Part shown: positions 1 to 9,969 of the stretch, piece by piece | How positions within the stretch are numbered: position 1 is the first letter of the stretch | Layout: each line of letters starts with the position of its first letter | From: a virus | Virus record (IMG/VR): IMGVR_UViG_3300034105_002232 | Direction: 5' to 3' (one strand) | Length of the DNA: 64,000 nt | Program-made: the position numbers and the translations under genes | Notes under the pieces: model-generated | What the model saw: the letters and a program-made list of their open reading frames with translations, nothing else | Told to the model about the DNA's origin: nothing | Databases searched by the model: none

Positions 1-1346
1 TGCTTGTCAGGCGCAGCAAAGATACTATCAACAATATCTTTGAAAAATTCATGAGTTGGTCCGCTGTATCGCATCATGGCAGGATAGCTACCAGCATCGT
101 ATTCACGATTGGCACGCTGCACAGATTCAATGTGTGTCCATACATTGTGTCCCATTAGCAAGGCATAGCTGAAACTATCCCATGATGTTTTTCCTTCTTT
201 ACCATTTTTATTTAGGTCTCCGGGTTTGTATATACAAATATCTTTCATTTGCAACTGTTGACTAATTGGACTTTCATCAAAATGATCCCAGAAACCATCC
301 GCTACAGTAGCGGCACCGTAACTGCGTGTGTCTGCGGAATATTTTTTATCATCCGCACTGGGGTTCATCCGGTAACTCCATTTTTCTCCTGGAGTAACGT
401 CAATTTCGTGATACACCTGACCATTTGCAGTAGCCAGGAACGGACTTGCACAATCAAAACTGATAGTAAATGCAGGATTGATATATTTTCTGACAGACCT
501 TTGAATATCAGTCAACAACAATGCCCATTCTAGTTTACTAGTACCCAGGAAGTGCATCCAATCATGCACGCCTTCTTGCAATAAATTATCATAGCGTAGT
601 TCAACCAACCGCCTAAGAATTAAATGTACATCACACATGTTCTGACCGCCCATGGCCCAACCATTAAAATGAGTATCTGGGTACACAGCAGGATCACAGT
701 AATGCTTCATCTCATGATACCAATCATCTGCCTCGGTATGATTTGCACCTTGTAACACATTAAGGATCTTGGTACCACCGTTTTTATAACCTCGACGGTG
801 TTTCATAAAATAATCGTTGTTGTACTTGGTAGCGTTGACGGCTTCTTGGTGCGTGGTAATTTGACATGCTGCACTGGCTTTGGGACTATGAACTACCCAG
901 GTAGGAATATCCAAGGTCATGGCATAATCACTGATGCCATCTAACCACTTCAAGACTGCTTCGCGCTTGGCCTGTGCCCGAGGGCAACCTGAGTTGGCCT
1001 TCCAGTCACCTTCCCACAAGCCCTTGGCAATCTGGAATCCGCCTGAGTCTCCCAGCATGAACGTGCCTGGCTCACGCTTACGAACCATGTCCTCGCCGGG
1101 ATCGTCTTTGGTTAAGTCTAGATTTGCGTGTCCTGCTGAGTAGAGACTCCAATGGTACGGAAACAGTGCTTGTTGACTGTTGAGCCAGTTGAGTTGCTCC
1201 ATGTGGGGTATTCCCTGTGGCATACGAGCAGGATCAACATAATCATTGTTAACACGTTGTTTTCCTATAAATGTGGCATAGAAGCCAGATATTGCTGGCA
1301 AGAATACCGCATAGTCGTTTTGTTTACTTGTTAAATCATCCTGCAT
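1..1346 (-). CDS. dpdA: TGT/DpdA-family guanine transglycosylase (3' end beyond window; absent from ORF track)
   Basis: Hand translation from ATG 1346: MQDDLTSKQNDYAVFLPAISGFY...MLGDSGGFQIAKG...AMTLDIP...LNVLQG...GWAMGG...MHFLGT...ISFDCAS. The DSGGFQ, LD, VLQG, HxLG and SFD motifs match the TGT barrel. Confidence 0.8.
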   Translation of the reverse strand, partial: MQDDLTSKQNDYAVFLPAISGFYATFIGKQRVNNDYVDPARMPQGIPHMEQLNWLNSQQALFPYHWSLYSAGHANLDLTKDDPGEDMVRKREPGTFMLGDSGGFQIAKGLWEGDWKANSGCPRAQAKREAVLKWLDGISDYAMTLDIPTWVVHSPKASAACQITTHQEAVNATKYNNDYFMKHRRGYKNGGTKILNVLQGANHTEADDWYHEMKHYCDPAVYPDTHFNGWAMGGQNMCDVHLILRRLVELRYDNLLQEGVHDWMHFLGTSKLEWALLLTDIQRSVRKYINPAFTISFDCASPFLATANGQVYHEIDVTPGEKWSYRMNPSADDKKYSADTRSYGAATVADGFWDHFDESPISQQLQMKDICIYKPGDLNKNGKEGKTSWDSFSYALLMGHNVWTHIESVQRANREYDAGSYPAMMRYSGPTHEFFKDIVDSIFAAPDK

Positions 1347-2001
1347 AAAATTTTACCGAGTTAATTAGATTGTAGTCTGGTTGAAGGTATTCTAATAATT
1401 TTTGTTTATGTTCAATATTGCCTGGGTCAGCTAAAAATGCTACTAAATTTACGTAAAGTGGTCTATTAAGGAACATAGGGTTAATTTTTTTATCATCCAA
1501 CGGAAGATCAATATTAACAGAAGCAAGCCATTGCCTTATTTGACTTCCAGTATTGTCGTTCAGATAAAAAAAAGTTATTTTTTCTAAATCAATAAGTTGT
1601 ATATACTCAATTTGAAGTTGTGTGTGCCAATCAAGATTAAATTTGTTACGTGAGAAAAAGTATATAAAAGAAGATTTAACATCCTTGGTTAACAATTGAC
1701 AAAAACGATCTAGTAGTTTAACTGAGTCAGCAGGTAGATTTGCACGACCTTCTGGTGTTTCAATTGACAAACAGCATGTAATAAAAGCAGTGATCCATCG
1801 CTCTAGTGGATCACGCAGAACACAAAATATATTTTTATTAGCCAGCAGATCCTTTAAATCTGCAGGTGCAAGATTACTAATATAAAACCACGATGCATTA
1901 CAAAAAGCCTCGGTCAGTTTAGTATGAGCATTTTTCGCAATTGGCATATATAAAAATTTGTTGGAATTATCAATATAAAATTGTAAATCAAGGCGTTCCA
2001 T
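1336..2001 (-). CDS. Sulfotransferase family 2-like protein
   Basis: PIAKNAHT (5'-PSB-like) and LRDPLERWIT (3'-PB-like) motifs. Confidence 0.7.
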   Translation of the reverse strand: MERLDLQFYIDNSNKFLYMPIAKNAHTKLTEAFCNASWFYISNLAPADLKDLLANKNIFCVLRDPLERWITAFITCCLSIETPEGRANLPADSVKLLDRFCQLLTKDVKSSFIYFFSRNKFNLDWHTQLQIEYIQLIDLEKITFFYLNDNTGSQIRQWLASVNIDLPLDDKKINPMFLNRPLYVNLVAFLADPGNIEHKQKLLEYLQPDYNLINSVKFYAG

Positions 2002-2617
2002 AAAATTTTATCAAATTAATTAAGTTATGGTCTTTGCTAAAGTACTGAGTTACCTGTTCAAAATATTTAGGTTTTTCTTCTAATGCTTTTTTAAAAATTT
2101 GTTTAAATCTAAAACGTTCACTACTGTTTTCTGTCACATGTTGATAATTGTATTTAAAGTACCGATTAGTCATGCCATGACTACTCAGAAATTGACTAAA
2201 CAGCTGCCGGTAGCTTGAGTCGCACAAAAAAAATGTGCAGTTATCTAAATTGATACCATCTAGAAATAACACTTGTTGTTCAGTGTGATCATCAAAGGCA
2301 ACACGATCAAATACTAAATCAAAAAAGGCATCCAAAAACTGCAAAGGATCCAATTGGTTATGATACAAGAACATGTATTCTGCGATCCCGCTTAACCAAC
2401 GATCAACCGGATCTCGCAATACAACCAAGGCATGTTTGTGATACAGATTGTCGGTATGGTAATTGTAAATCTCCCATCCCCAATCTTTCAAATTGGGTTT
2501 GGTCCACGACGTGGCATTTTTAGGAATATTGATATACATTAGGTCAGAGTCTGGCTTTGACATACATTCGCCAAACACATGACCCTTTAATTTATAATAT
2601 TCTAAAAAATCAATCAC
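1988..2617 (-). CDS. Sulfotransferase family 2-like protein
   Basis: NIPKNATS and LRDPVDRWLS motifs; paralogue of the adjacent gene. Confidence 0.75.
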   Translation of the reverse strand: MIDFLEYYKLKGHVFGECMSKPDSDLMYINIPKNATSWTKPNLKDWGWEIYNYHTDNLYHKHALVVLRDPVDRWLSGIAEYMFLYHNQLDPLQFLDAFFDLVFDRVAFDDHTEQQVLFLDGINLDNCTFFLCDSSYRQLFSQFLSSHGMTNRYFKYNYQHVTENSSERFRFKQIFKKALEEKPKYFEQVTQYFSKDHNLINLIKFYGTP

Positions 2618-3345
2618 TTTTGCTGTGCAGGAATTATGTAATTGTAAACTGCTAGGCCGCTGTCAACTGTGATCTGTGCAGCACCTTCGTCGCTAAATCG
2701 AATCATTTTATCACCTGGCAGCCCAAGGATACTGATAACAGCACTGATGGGCCAGTGCCATGCTTTGGTCAACGACCCTGCCACGTCGTGGGCAAATACA
2801 AAGTTGCCGGCATGACTACTATGATCACCAAAGTAAAATACTAGATTGCCGTTTTCTGTTTTGGCAATAAATGTAGTTTCTTCGCTGTTGGCCTGTGATT
2901 GGAAACGTAGACGCTGAATAGCTGCTACACTGGGCTCAATTTCCACGCCCCACTTGACACCTTTGAACTTGACTGTTTTGAGTTTGTCGTTTACAATTTC
3001 TGCGCTCATGAAGCGATAGTCATTTTTAAAGTCGCCAGCCTTGTTTTCAAAATGTATGCCTCCAGGTTCGGCAACGCCATCTTTATCTCTTGTGATAATA
3101 CTCAATTTAGCATCTTCTCGGTATTCGGGAATACCAAGAATAGTATTAAGTTTACCCAAACTTGGCATACCAAACGTGCCTACAAAATCTGGAACAGGAG
3201 TATGAAATTGTGCTTGCACAATGGCAATACGTTCTTCGCTGACTGCATCAATTGATGTAATGGAATCTGTGCCAGTGATTTTAACTAAATCAATAATGCC
3301 TAAGCTGTGGGTGTGTGAAACTATGTCAAGTAAGTAATCTCGCAT
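2614..3345 (-). CDS. DNA polymerase sliding clamp (gp45-like)
   Basis: 243 aa with clamp-like beta/alpha pattern, near PolB, AGGAG SD. Confidence 0.65.
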   Translation of the reverse strand: MRDYLLDIVSHTHSLGIIDLVKITGTDSITSIDAVSEERIAIVQAQFHTPVPDFVGTFGMPSLGKLNTILGIPEYREDAKLSIITRDKDGVAEPGGIHFENKAGDFKNDYRFMSAEIVNDKLKTVKFKGVKWGVEIEPSVAAIQRLRFQSQANSEETTFIAKTENGNLVFYFGDHSSHAGNFVFAHDVAGSLTKAWHWPISAVISILGLPGDKMIRFSDEGAAQITVDSGLAVYNYIIPAQQK

Positions 3346-3368
3346 GTAATTCTCCTAATAAGTGTGTA

Positions 3369-3397
3369 AGTATAACAATTGTATTTAGAAAAGTCAA
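3369..3397 (-). promoter_or_regulatory. sigma70-type promoter for the clamp gene
   Basis: TTGACT-17bp-TATACT. Confidence 0.8.
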
Positions 3398-3400
3398 CAC

Positions 3401-4363
3401 CTAACGATATTTTATTTCGCCAAGGACCTGATGAGCTTTAACTGTGGATAAGGTGCCGGGTTTTTTTAATTCTACCCAGCTGGTAGATGGCAAGAAATCT
3501 GGAGCGTCAACAACTTCAAAGCCTAAACTTTCAGCCAGTGGCAACAACATACTTTTTGGTACATAGGTCATGAAATAGCTTTCGCTTAATCCTGCGCTTG
3601 CACTCAGATCTCCGTTGTTGTAGGTAAACAATATGATTCCACCGGGCTTTAACCAAGTCAACGACTGAATCAAAAATTGTTTTATACTGTCCAGACTCAA
3701 GTAATTAAAAAAGTTATAGCTAAAGATAAACCCAAATTGATTCGCAGGTAGTTGGTTTATCTTGTAATCAACAATTAGATATTTTCTTAGGCGAGCCTGG
3801 TATTCTGGTGTAAATTGATTATTTGTGTTGTCAAGGAATTCTTGATGCATGTCACTGACATAAAGCGGGTCCGAAGATACCAGATGTTTGGTCCACTCGC
3901 CATCCCTGCATCCAATTTCCAATGCAGGATATTTCCACCCGCTGTACAGTCTGATTCGATTGATCAGAGTGGTATCAGATCCTTCAACCATGGCCATTCG
4001 TTTGATATCTCGTATGATACCTGGGCTGGTATGGGTGTATTCAGTCTGGTAGTTCTTTTCAAAAAACTTTTTGGTCTTTACATCAATTTCATGATCTACC
4101 TGGTCAATTATGTGTTGTATGCTGGCTAAATCTTGGTCCAAATTGGTAAAAATTTTGTTGTGTAATTCAGCTGCAGCATTTGTGATTTGTTGCTGGTATT
4201 TCTCGTTGCCAAGTGTGGCCATGGATTGCAAGGATGCTTTATTTTTTTCAAGCTCGAGCTTGATCGTAGAGAGCTCTATGGCCTTCTGTAATTCATTACG
4301 CAATAATACCAATTCGTGCAGTTTCATTGATCTTTGCCACACACCGTTAATGATTGTGTACAT
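3401..4363 (-). CDS. Coiled-coil plus class I SAM-dependent methyltransferase (alternative start 4327)
   Basis: ALEIGCRDG motif I and LKPGGII motif. Confidence 0.75.
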   Translation of the reverse strand: MYTIINGVWQRSMKLHELVLLRNELQKAIELSTIKLELEKNKASLQSMATLGNEKYQQQITNAAAELHNKIFTNLDQDLASIQHIIDQVDHEIDVKTKKFFEKNYQTEYTHTSPGIIRDIKRMAMVEGSDTTLINRIRLYSGWKYPALEIGCRDGEWTKHLVSSDPLYVSDMHQEFLDNTNNQFTPEYQARLRKYLIVDYKINQLPANQFGFIFSYNFFNYLSLDSIKQFLIQSLTWLKPGGIILFTYNNGDLSASAGLSESYFMTYVPKSMLLPLAESLGFEVVDAPDFLPSTSWVELKKPGTLSTVKAHQVLGEIKYR

Positions 4364-4369
4364 AGATAT

Positions 4370-7033
4370 TTAATCAAACGAGAATAGGCTATCAAAAGTT
4401 GTCTTGATATCTGTGTGACTGGGAATATCCCATGCCAATACTCCCAACAAGTTCTCCACCTTTTGGTCAACAATGGTGGCTTCCATTAGATTGTCGTCAA
4501 ACGGTAGATCTTTAAACCATTGTGGGATATGTGTTTCATCTGTTGGGTAACCCACACTGGTATAGCCCAGCGGATTGTCTCGTAGTTTGCACACAATGGT
4601 TTTCATCCCGTCTACGATAGCGATGCTGTAATTGTCTCCGTGCATGCGACGTAGATTGTTCCAGTTAAGTGCAGCACGAACATGCCCGGGCATGTTGGCA
4701 CGACCCAGTCGTTCTTCTTCTTTGCCATACTTGGTCAAGTTGTTCACACGTTTGGGTGTACCTTTTTCCCATGCAGGTCGGTCTTGAAATGCAATCTTGA
4801 ACTCACGCACACGATCGTATATCTCTTCTCGTTTGGCGTCAGTGAGCACAGCAGTCAACAACTCACTCAAGAAATCTTGCACCACTTTGGGAGTATCGCT
4901 ACGTTTGAGATCCAGCCCCATGGCCTTGACCTTGCCTGGCTTGCCGTGGGTATCTAGTCTGACGCCTTCGTAATCATACATTAGTAGAGCATAGCGTTTC
5001 TTCTTGATAAACAAACCTTTACTGGCTACAAGTTCACGTCCACCTTTGATTAGCTCACCGTTAGATCTGGGTACATGACAGGCTCGTTCCATAAATGCCG
5101 GAAAGCTGGCATTGACTTGGTCTGCAATGGTGTCGTACAACTGAGTGCAAATGTCTTGGTTCCATTCCATTCTGCCGGATTCAACTTCTTCTCTAACTGC
5201 TGGCCAAGCTGTGAAATAACATGAATCAGTGTCTCCGTAGATGATACTTTTACCCACATGGTCATATTCACCGAATATGCACTCATTGATATATGCATCC
5301 ATGTGCCTAGCAATGATGCGTCCAGTAAGAGTAGTACTTTGACCAATCCTTTTATCGAAAAATCTACAACCTGGATTAAGGATCGCACCGTAGAGACTGT
5401 TAAGGTTAATCTTTTTGACAAGTTGTCGTTTGTCCCAGAAGGCTCGATCTTCGTCAGTTGTGGATTCCTTTTTCTTTGCCTGGAGTTCTTTTCGTTCCGC
5501 GTACCATCGTTCCAGTAATCCGGGTACAACGGCTTTTTGTTCATAGCTAAAGATCGTGCCATTTGCACTAAGCATCCAAGGTTTATTTGAGTCAAAGACC
5601 AGTCTCCATACATCTGCAGCACTCAACACATCACTACGACCGTCACCTTCCCAGTCAATGGTGATCTCGGTACCTGCTTCACCTGCCATTACTGCTGTAT
5701 ACTCAAGACTGCCGAACATGTTTTCCCAGGCATCGGCAAAACTTGAACCTGCTGCAATCTTGTCAGCAATGTACCGCTCAGTCATTATTGGCCGGAGTTG
5801 CCCGACAATACTTTCTTGCGCCATGTTAAGGGCTCTAATAGCCGAGGGATAGAGCGAGTTGATGTCAATTGCTCCAATCCAGTCGTGCATGCCTTTTTTT
5901 GGGAAAGCAACATAGGCACCTGCCGCTTGTGTGTCACCTTGATCATCTCTGTTCTTTCTGTTAGGAACTACTAGACCACGTTGATGTGCTTCGTTGATGA
6001 TTGCTTGCTCTGTAACTGCCACTGCGCCCATTGTGGTGGGCAACAGCACTGTGTTGTCGTGCGCCAGTTCGTTGGCCAGGTCAAGAAAGCGCAGTTTCTG
6101 ATCCAGCTTGGCCAAAATCATGGTATCTTGTCTGTTGTAATCAATGAACTTTTCAAAGTCTTTGTTGTACAATTGATCAAGAGTTCCTTCGTACTGCAAC
6201 TTACGTTCACCTAACTCATATTCAGCAATGGCATCCAGACTATAACTATGCCGTTCTTCGTAAGTGTACTTGCGATACAACTGCATGTAGTCTAGATGTA
6301 CTCGACCAATCAAGTCAAAGGTAAGTTGTTCTGCGCCAAATCGTTCAAAGGTACGCTGTTTGGGCATTTGTCCCCACAAGCATAACCGTCGAGTGTCGTC
6401 TTTGCTCAACACTTTAATTATACGCATGGTAGTGTATGGAATATCAAATCCCTCACTGTTCCAGCCACTTAGAATATCTGCATCATCTATCAGATCAAGG
6501 AATGTGTTCAGCATATCCTCTTCACGTTCAAACAAGAAACAGTTGTCAAAGCGATCACAGATCTCCTGTGCAGTTTCCCAACTGTAGCTCTTGGGCGGAA
6601 CCACCATGGTTACCATTTTGTCCAGCCAGTCCAGATAGACCGAGATACTGGTAATTGCATTAAACGGATCTTCGGGACGACTGTAGCCGCGTACCAGATC
6701 AAAATCAACTTCAATGTCAAAGAAAGCTGTGTGTAACTTGGGTGACTGCACACCTGAATAATGTTCTTCCAGGCAGCGAAACACCGGATTGATGTCACTT
6801 TCCCATAGTCGTTTGTTTGAATTAACTCTTACTTCTTTTTGATATTCCTTGCCGTTGCGAGTACTAAATCTTGAAACTGGCGTACCGTAAACTGTGCGAA
6901 ACTTGCCTTTGGGGTCATCGTAGTAGAATAGATAGTTGGCAGGGTATTCTTTGTATACTCGTTCACCGTTGATTCTTTCTACAACATGAATGCGATCTTT
7001 GTCTCTTGCAAATAGTGCGTCAATGTAGCTCAT
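4370..7033 (-). CDS. polB: Family B DNA polymerase (T4 gp43-like)
   Basis: Exonuclease FDIE and WNSEGFD motifs; polymerase DINSLYPS, KINLNSLYG, YGDTDS and KKRY motifs. Confidence 0.97.
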   Translation of the reverse strand: MSYIDALFARDKDRIHVVERINGERVYKEYPANYLFYYDDPKGKFRTVYGTPVSRFSTRNGKEYQKEVRVNSNKRLWESDINPVFRCLEEHYSGVQSPKLHTAFFDIEVDFDLVRGYSRPEDPFNAITSISVYLDWLDKMVTMVVPPKSYSWETAQEICDRFDNCFLFEREEDMLNTFLDLIDDADILSGWNSEGFDIPYTTMRIIKVLSKDDTRRLCLWGQMPKQRTFERFGAEQLTFDLIGRVHLDYMQLYRKYTYEERHSYSLDAIAEYELGERKLQYEGTLDQLYNKDFEKFIDYNRQDTMILAKLDQKLRFLDLANELAHDNTVLLPTTMGAVAVTEQAIINEAHQRGLVVPNRKNRDDQGDTQAAGAYVAFPKKGMHDWIGAIDINSLYPSAIRALNMAQESIVGQLRPIMTERYIADKIAAGSSFADAWENMFGSLEYTAVMAGEAGTEITIDWEGDGRSDVLSAADVWRLVFDSNKPWMLSANGTIFSYEQKAVVPGLLERWYAERKELQAKKKESTTDEDRAFWDKRQLVKKINLNSLYGAILNPGCRFFDKRIGQSTTLTGRIIARHMDAYINECIFGEYDHVGKSIIYGDTDSCYFTAWPAVREEVESGRMEWNQDICTQLYDTIADQVNASFPAFMERACHVPRSNGELIKGGRELVASKGLFIKKKRYALLMYDYEGVRLDTHGKPGKVKAMGLDLKRSDTPKVVQDFLSELLTAVLTDAKREEIYDRVREFKIAFQDRPAWEKGTPKRVNNLTKYGKEEERLGRANMPGHVRAALNWNNLRRMHGDNYSIAIVDGMKTIVCKLRDNPLGYTSVGYPTDETHIPQWFKDLPFDDNLMEATIVDQKVENLLGVLAWDIPSHTDIKTTFDSLFSFD

Positions 7034-7320
7034 TAGTCGTCGCCAAAATCAAACAAGTGTTTGGCATCAGGATGCGTTTCGTAATTTTCTGTTTCTAACA
7101 ACTTCATACCTTGTAAACTTAACACTGCAAAAGATACAATTTTCTCGCTGACATTTTTTGCTGTTAGATTAAAAACTATATCATGATCCTCGCCATCATA
7201 CCAATCAATTGTGTAATTATTTGGTATATTTATATCAGCCCACTGTTTTATTTTTGGTGGTGTGTCAGTACCATCAACCCATGTTTTGTTAAAACCTAGT
7301 GTAATTTTTTTATAAGTCAT
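7033..7320 (-). CDS. Hypothetical protein (likely start MTYKK)
   Basis: ORF coupled to polB through TAATG. Confidence 0.6.
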   Translation of the reverse strand: MTYKKITLGFNKTWVDGTDTPPKIKQWADINIPNNYTIDWYDGEDHDIVFNLTAKNVSEKIVSFAVLSLQGMKLLETENYETHPDAKHLFDFGDD

Positions 7321-7333
7321 AGGATGTATTATA

Positions 7334-7624
7334 TTAGTTAAGTAGTAATCTTGCAAGACCAATGGAATCTATGGTAGTTAGTAACAGGTAGTTGGCCAAC
7401 ATACCAAAAGATCTTCGGGTGATAGCAGCCCAGGAGTACAAAGCACACCCAAGAATCCATAATGGATAAAGTACAATTAACGGAACATTTGGCACCGTGA
7501 GTGACATGGTAAGAGCACACCCAATGGATATGAGCCAGGCCATGCACTCAATGATAAAACGAACAGGGTGAGAGTGATAATCATCTTGAATCCATTGGAT
7601 AGTGCCCTTGACAATGTCAATCAA
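7334..7624 (-). CDS. Small 3-TM membrane protein
   Basis: Three hydrophobic segments. Confidence 0.7.
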   Translation of the reverse strand: MIDIVKGTIQWIQDDYHSHPVRFIIECMAWLISIGCALTMSLTVPNVPLIVLYPLWILGCALYSWAAITRRSFGMLANYLLLTTIDSIGLARLLLN

Positions 7625-7884
7625 AGAGTTTTGCCCACAGTTTCTAAAATGCTGTTTAGTTCTTCATGATCAGCATTTTCGTCGCCTAGTTTGGCTTTGT
7701 GTGCAACTTTGATTGCTTTTTTGAGTACAGCAGGTTTAATTTCCATCTCCTCTGCAATTGCTTTGATGGTATCACTGAGTCCTGCATTAAGGTCTTCAAC
7801 TTCTTGCATGACTGCCATGCCTTCATTGAAGATTTGAGTGAGTTTGGCTTTTTGTTCTGATGAGAACATTCTTGATCCGGACAT
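7621..7884 (-). CDS. Phage DsbA/GapR-like dsDNA-binding protein
   Basis: 87-aa helical protein with IKAIAEEMEIKPAVLKKAIK pattern; AGGAG SD. Confidence 0.6.
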   Translation of the reverse strand: MSGSRMFSSEQKAKLTQIFNEGMAVMQEVEDLNAGLSDTIKAIAEEMEIKPAVLKKAIKVAHKAKLGDENADHEELNSILETVGKTL

Positions 7885-7906
7885 ACAGTCTCCTAGTTAA
7901 AGCACT

Positions 7907-7935
7907 AGTATATAGTATTGCCAAGGAAATAGCAA
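7907..7935 (-). promoter_or_regulatory. sigma70-type promoter for the DsbA-like to polB operon
   Basis: TTGCTA-17bp-TATACT. Confidence 0.7.
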
Positions 7936-7946
7936 TATAAATTTGC

Positions 7947-8022
7947 TCACTTTTAAAATGCATCAGGGCACGACTCCCTATCATGTTAGCGCAGCAGCCG
8001 CGCCCTCACGGTCCTAAAGTGA
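7947..8022 (-). ncRNA. Candidate structured RNA (closing stem, two hairpins, complementary loops)
   Basis: TCACTTT/AAAGTGA closing stem; GCGC-GGCTGCT-GCGC and AGGG-AGTCGTG-CCCT hairpins. Confidence 0.45.
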
Positions 8023-8211
8023 AGACTTTGCTCGAGACTCGCAAATGCGAGTCCTATATACTGTTCCGTCGGCGTGTTTTTCTTCGTTCCAAGCAGAACA
8101 TGTTTGCTCTTGTTTGACTGGTTGGTCAGGGAGTATTTTATCCACTGTCCAGTTTGCACCCATCCAGCCCATGGCACTAAAAAATCCCCATACCAGCATT
8201 TCACCTATCAT
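8014..8211 (-). CDS. Small membrane-anchored hypothetical protein
   Basis: N-terminal hydrophobic segment; coupled to upstream gene through ATGA. Confidence 0.6.
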   Translation of the reverse strand: MIGEMLVWGFFSAMGWMGANWTVDKILPDQPVKQEQTCSAWNEEKHADGTVYRTRICESRAKSSL

Positions 8212-8780
8212 TGTGGTAACCTTTGTTGAATAAGTTTAACAACCTCGGTGTTCAATACCACTTCATAATGATTACAGTCCAGTTCAATCAGTTCCATGAT
8301 ATCATTGCGTTTCTTTTGGCTGGACACTGTTACTACTCCGTCGTTGGGTTTAGATAACCAAGGTGAATCACCTTGTGTAGTAACTATGTTGCACCATGGC
8401 TGTTTTACTTGGATATCTCTGGCATACCGCATGGCCCACGAATTTGGTCCAATGTCTTTTAACAGTCTGCTGTACGGCAAAAAATACTTGGCCACATCAG
8501 CAACTTCGGCGCCGCCATAAGGAGTGCTTAGTGTAATTGCTCCCAGCACCTGATCCGGGAATTCAGCTGCCAGGTGCAAGGCATACACACCACCTAGACT
8601 ATGACAAACGAAGAACATGTCTTTTTTGTTTGCCAACTGATAACGCATATCAGCTAGATTTTTTTCAAACCCGTTACGACTATCATAATTGATCAGCCAA
8701 TCGTTGCCGCCCACGTGTTCTCTAATATAGTTGAAACTCTCACTAGTAGCACTGGCACCATGGATATAAACTATTACCAT
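8208..8780 (-). CDS. Alpha/beta hydrolase
   Basis: YIHG, HSLGG nucleophile elbow, NDGVV and NH triad motifs. Confidence 0.85.
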   Translation of the reverse strand: MVIVYIHGASATSESFNYIREHVGGNDWLINYDSRNGFEKNLADMRYQLANKKDMFFVCHSLGGVYALHLAAEFPDQVLGAITLSTPYGGAEVADVAKYFLPYSRLLKDIGPNSWAMRYARDIQVKQPWCNIVTTQGDSPWLSKPNDGVVTVSSQKKRNDIMELIELDCNHYEVVLNTEVVKLIQQRLPQ

Positions 8781-9934
8781 TATGTTCGATACTCCGGCCA
8801 TAAGTCAGCAAACCGGTATTTGAAGTCGGGCCAATAAGTCTGCTCTTGCTTGGAGTGCCACTCATATAAATCATTGCAGTTGTCTTTGCTGGTAGTTGTG
8901 TTTCTAATGCTGTTGGCCATTTCTTGTAAGAAAGTTTTTTGTCTATGCCATTTATGGTACGGTATAGATTTTTCTAACTCTTGTGCTGCCAGATCCCTAA
9001 ATTGTTTAGGTAAATTAATTACTGATAATACAACAGGGTTATTAAGTTCATTCCATCTCATATTTGGCAAATTATTATCGGCAAAGTATTCGTGTACCTG
9101 TGATAAATTTAATGCGTTGTAAACCGAATACACACTGGCTACCCCAATTAAATGCCCAGGCCGATCCTTTACAGCATCCTGCAGATACCTGATATTTTTT
9201 AACAGTAAATCCCAACTGGCTCCATGCCTGACATACTCAAATTTCTGCTCTACTGTGTCAAAGCTGATATCCCACACCACACGATTTTTGTCCAGTAACT
9301 TTTTAAATATTTGATTATTTTCTAATGGAACACTTAGGTTTGTTATTAGATTGATATGTACATCAGGGCCAATGGCATCCAGCAATTGATCATTTTCTTT
9401 TTGCAATAATGGTTCACCACCAAGTAGTCCTAGATTTTTCAATGTACTTTGATTTGACTCAATGAATGCGATTATTCCAGGCATGGTGTTCCTGTAGTCT
9501 AATCTTTCTAACGGAATTTTCTGATGAGACGCCCATATACTACTTGCTTCGGGACCGCAATAGGTACAACTAAGATTGCAGGTATTAGACCAACGTATAT
9601 CTAAGTTTTGTAGATGCTGATCTTGGATAGTATCAAGATTAATAGTTTTTCTTTCTGATATATCATTATACCAATTTCTTTCGCTGGTACTAGTCATTTG
9701 TTCCTGTCTTTCACAGATAGAACAATTCTCATGAGTTTTATTTTCTGCAATTGCCTGTTTGATATGTAAGATCTGGCTAGATTTAATTACATCTTGTATT
9801 GGGGTTATTCGTAAATCTGCCAGGGCAACTTCGCCAGCACAGCAGGTTTTGTAAGACCCTTGTGGATTGATGTGTATGTTGGTCCAAGGTGCGTAGCAAA
9901 AGTTTTTGCCAATTGAATTATCAAGTTTTATCAT
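8780..9934 (-). CDS. Radical SAM protein with N-terminal twitch/SPASM-like Fe-S domain
   Basis: CNLSCTYC, GGEP; N-terminal CYAPW..CC..CxxC. Confidence 0.9.
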   Translation of the reverse strand: MIKLDNSIGKNFCYAPWTNIHINPQGSYKTCCAGEVALADLRITPIQDVIKSSQILHIKQAIAENKTHENCSICERQEQMTSTSERNWYNDISERKTINLDTIQDQHLQNLDIRWSNTCNLSCTYCGPEASSIWASHQKIPLERLDYRNTMPGIIAFIESNQSTLKNLGLLGGEPLLQKENDQLLDAIGPDVHINLITNLSVPLENNQIFKKLLDKNRVVWDISFDTVEQKFEYVRHGASWDLLLKNIRYLQDAVKDRPGHLIGVASVYSVYNALNLSQVHEYFADNNLPNMRWNELNNPVVLSVINLPKQFRDLAAQELEKSIPYHKWHRQKTFLQEMANSIRNTTTSKDNCNDLYEWHSKQEQTYWPDFKYRFADLWPEYRT

Positions 9935-9945
9935 TGAATTACCGT

Positions 9946-9968
9946 TAAAATGCGGCCTAGGCCGCATT
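9946..9968 (-). terminator. Intrinsic terminator after dps
   Basis: AATGCGGC-CTAG-GCCGCATT followed by T run. Confidence 0.7.
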
Positions 9969-9969
9969 G

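Noticed and set aside
249-1334. Plus-strand ORFs 249..533, 934..1143 and 1152..1334, and similar antisense ORFs throughout
   Set aside because: They are shadows of motif-bearing genes on the opposite strand.
4370-7033. Intein or intron in PolB (also checked clamp loader, ClpA and PhoH)
   Set aside because: Motifs are contiguous, lengths are normal and no splicing signatures were seen.
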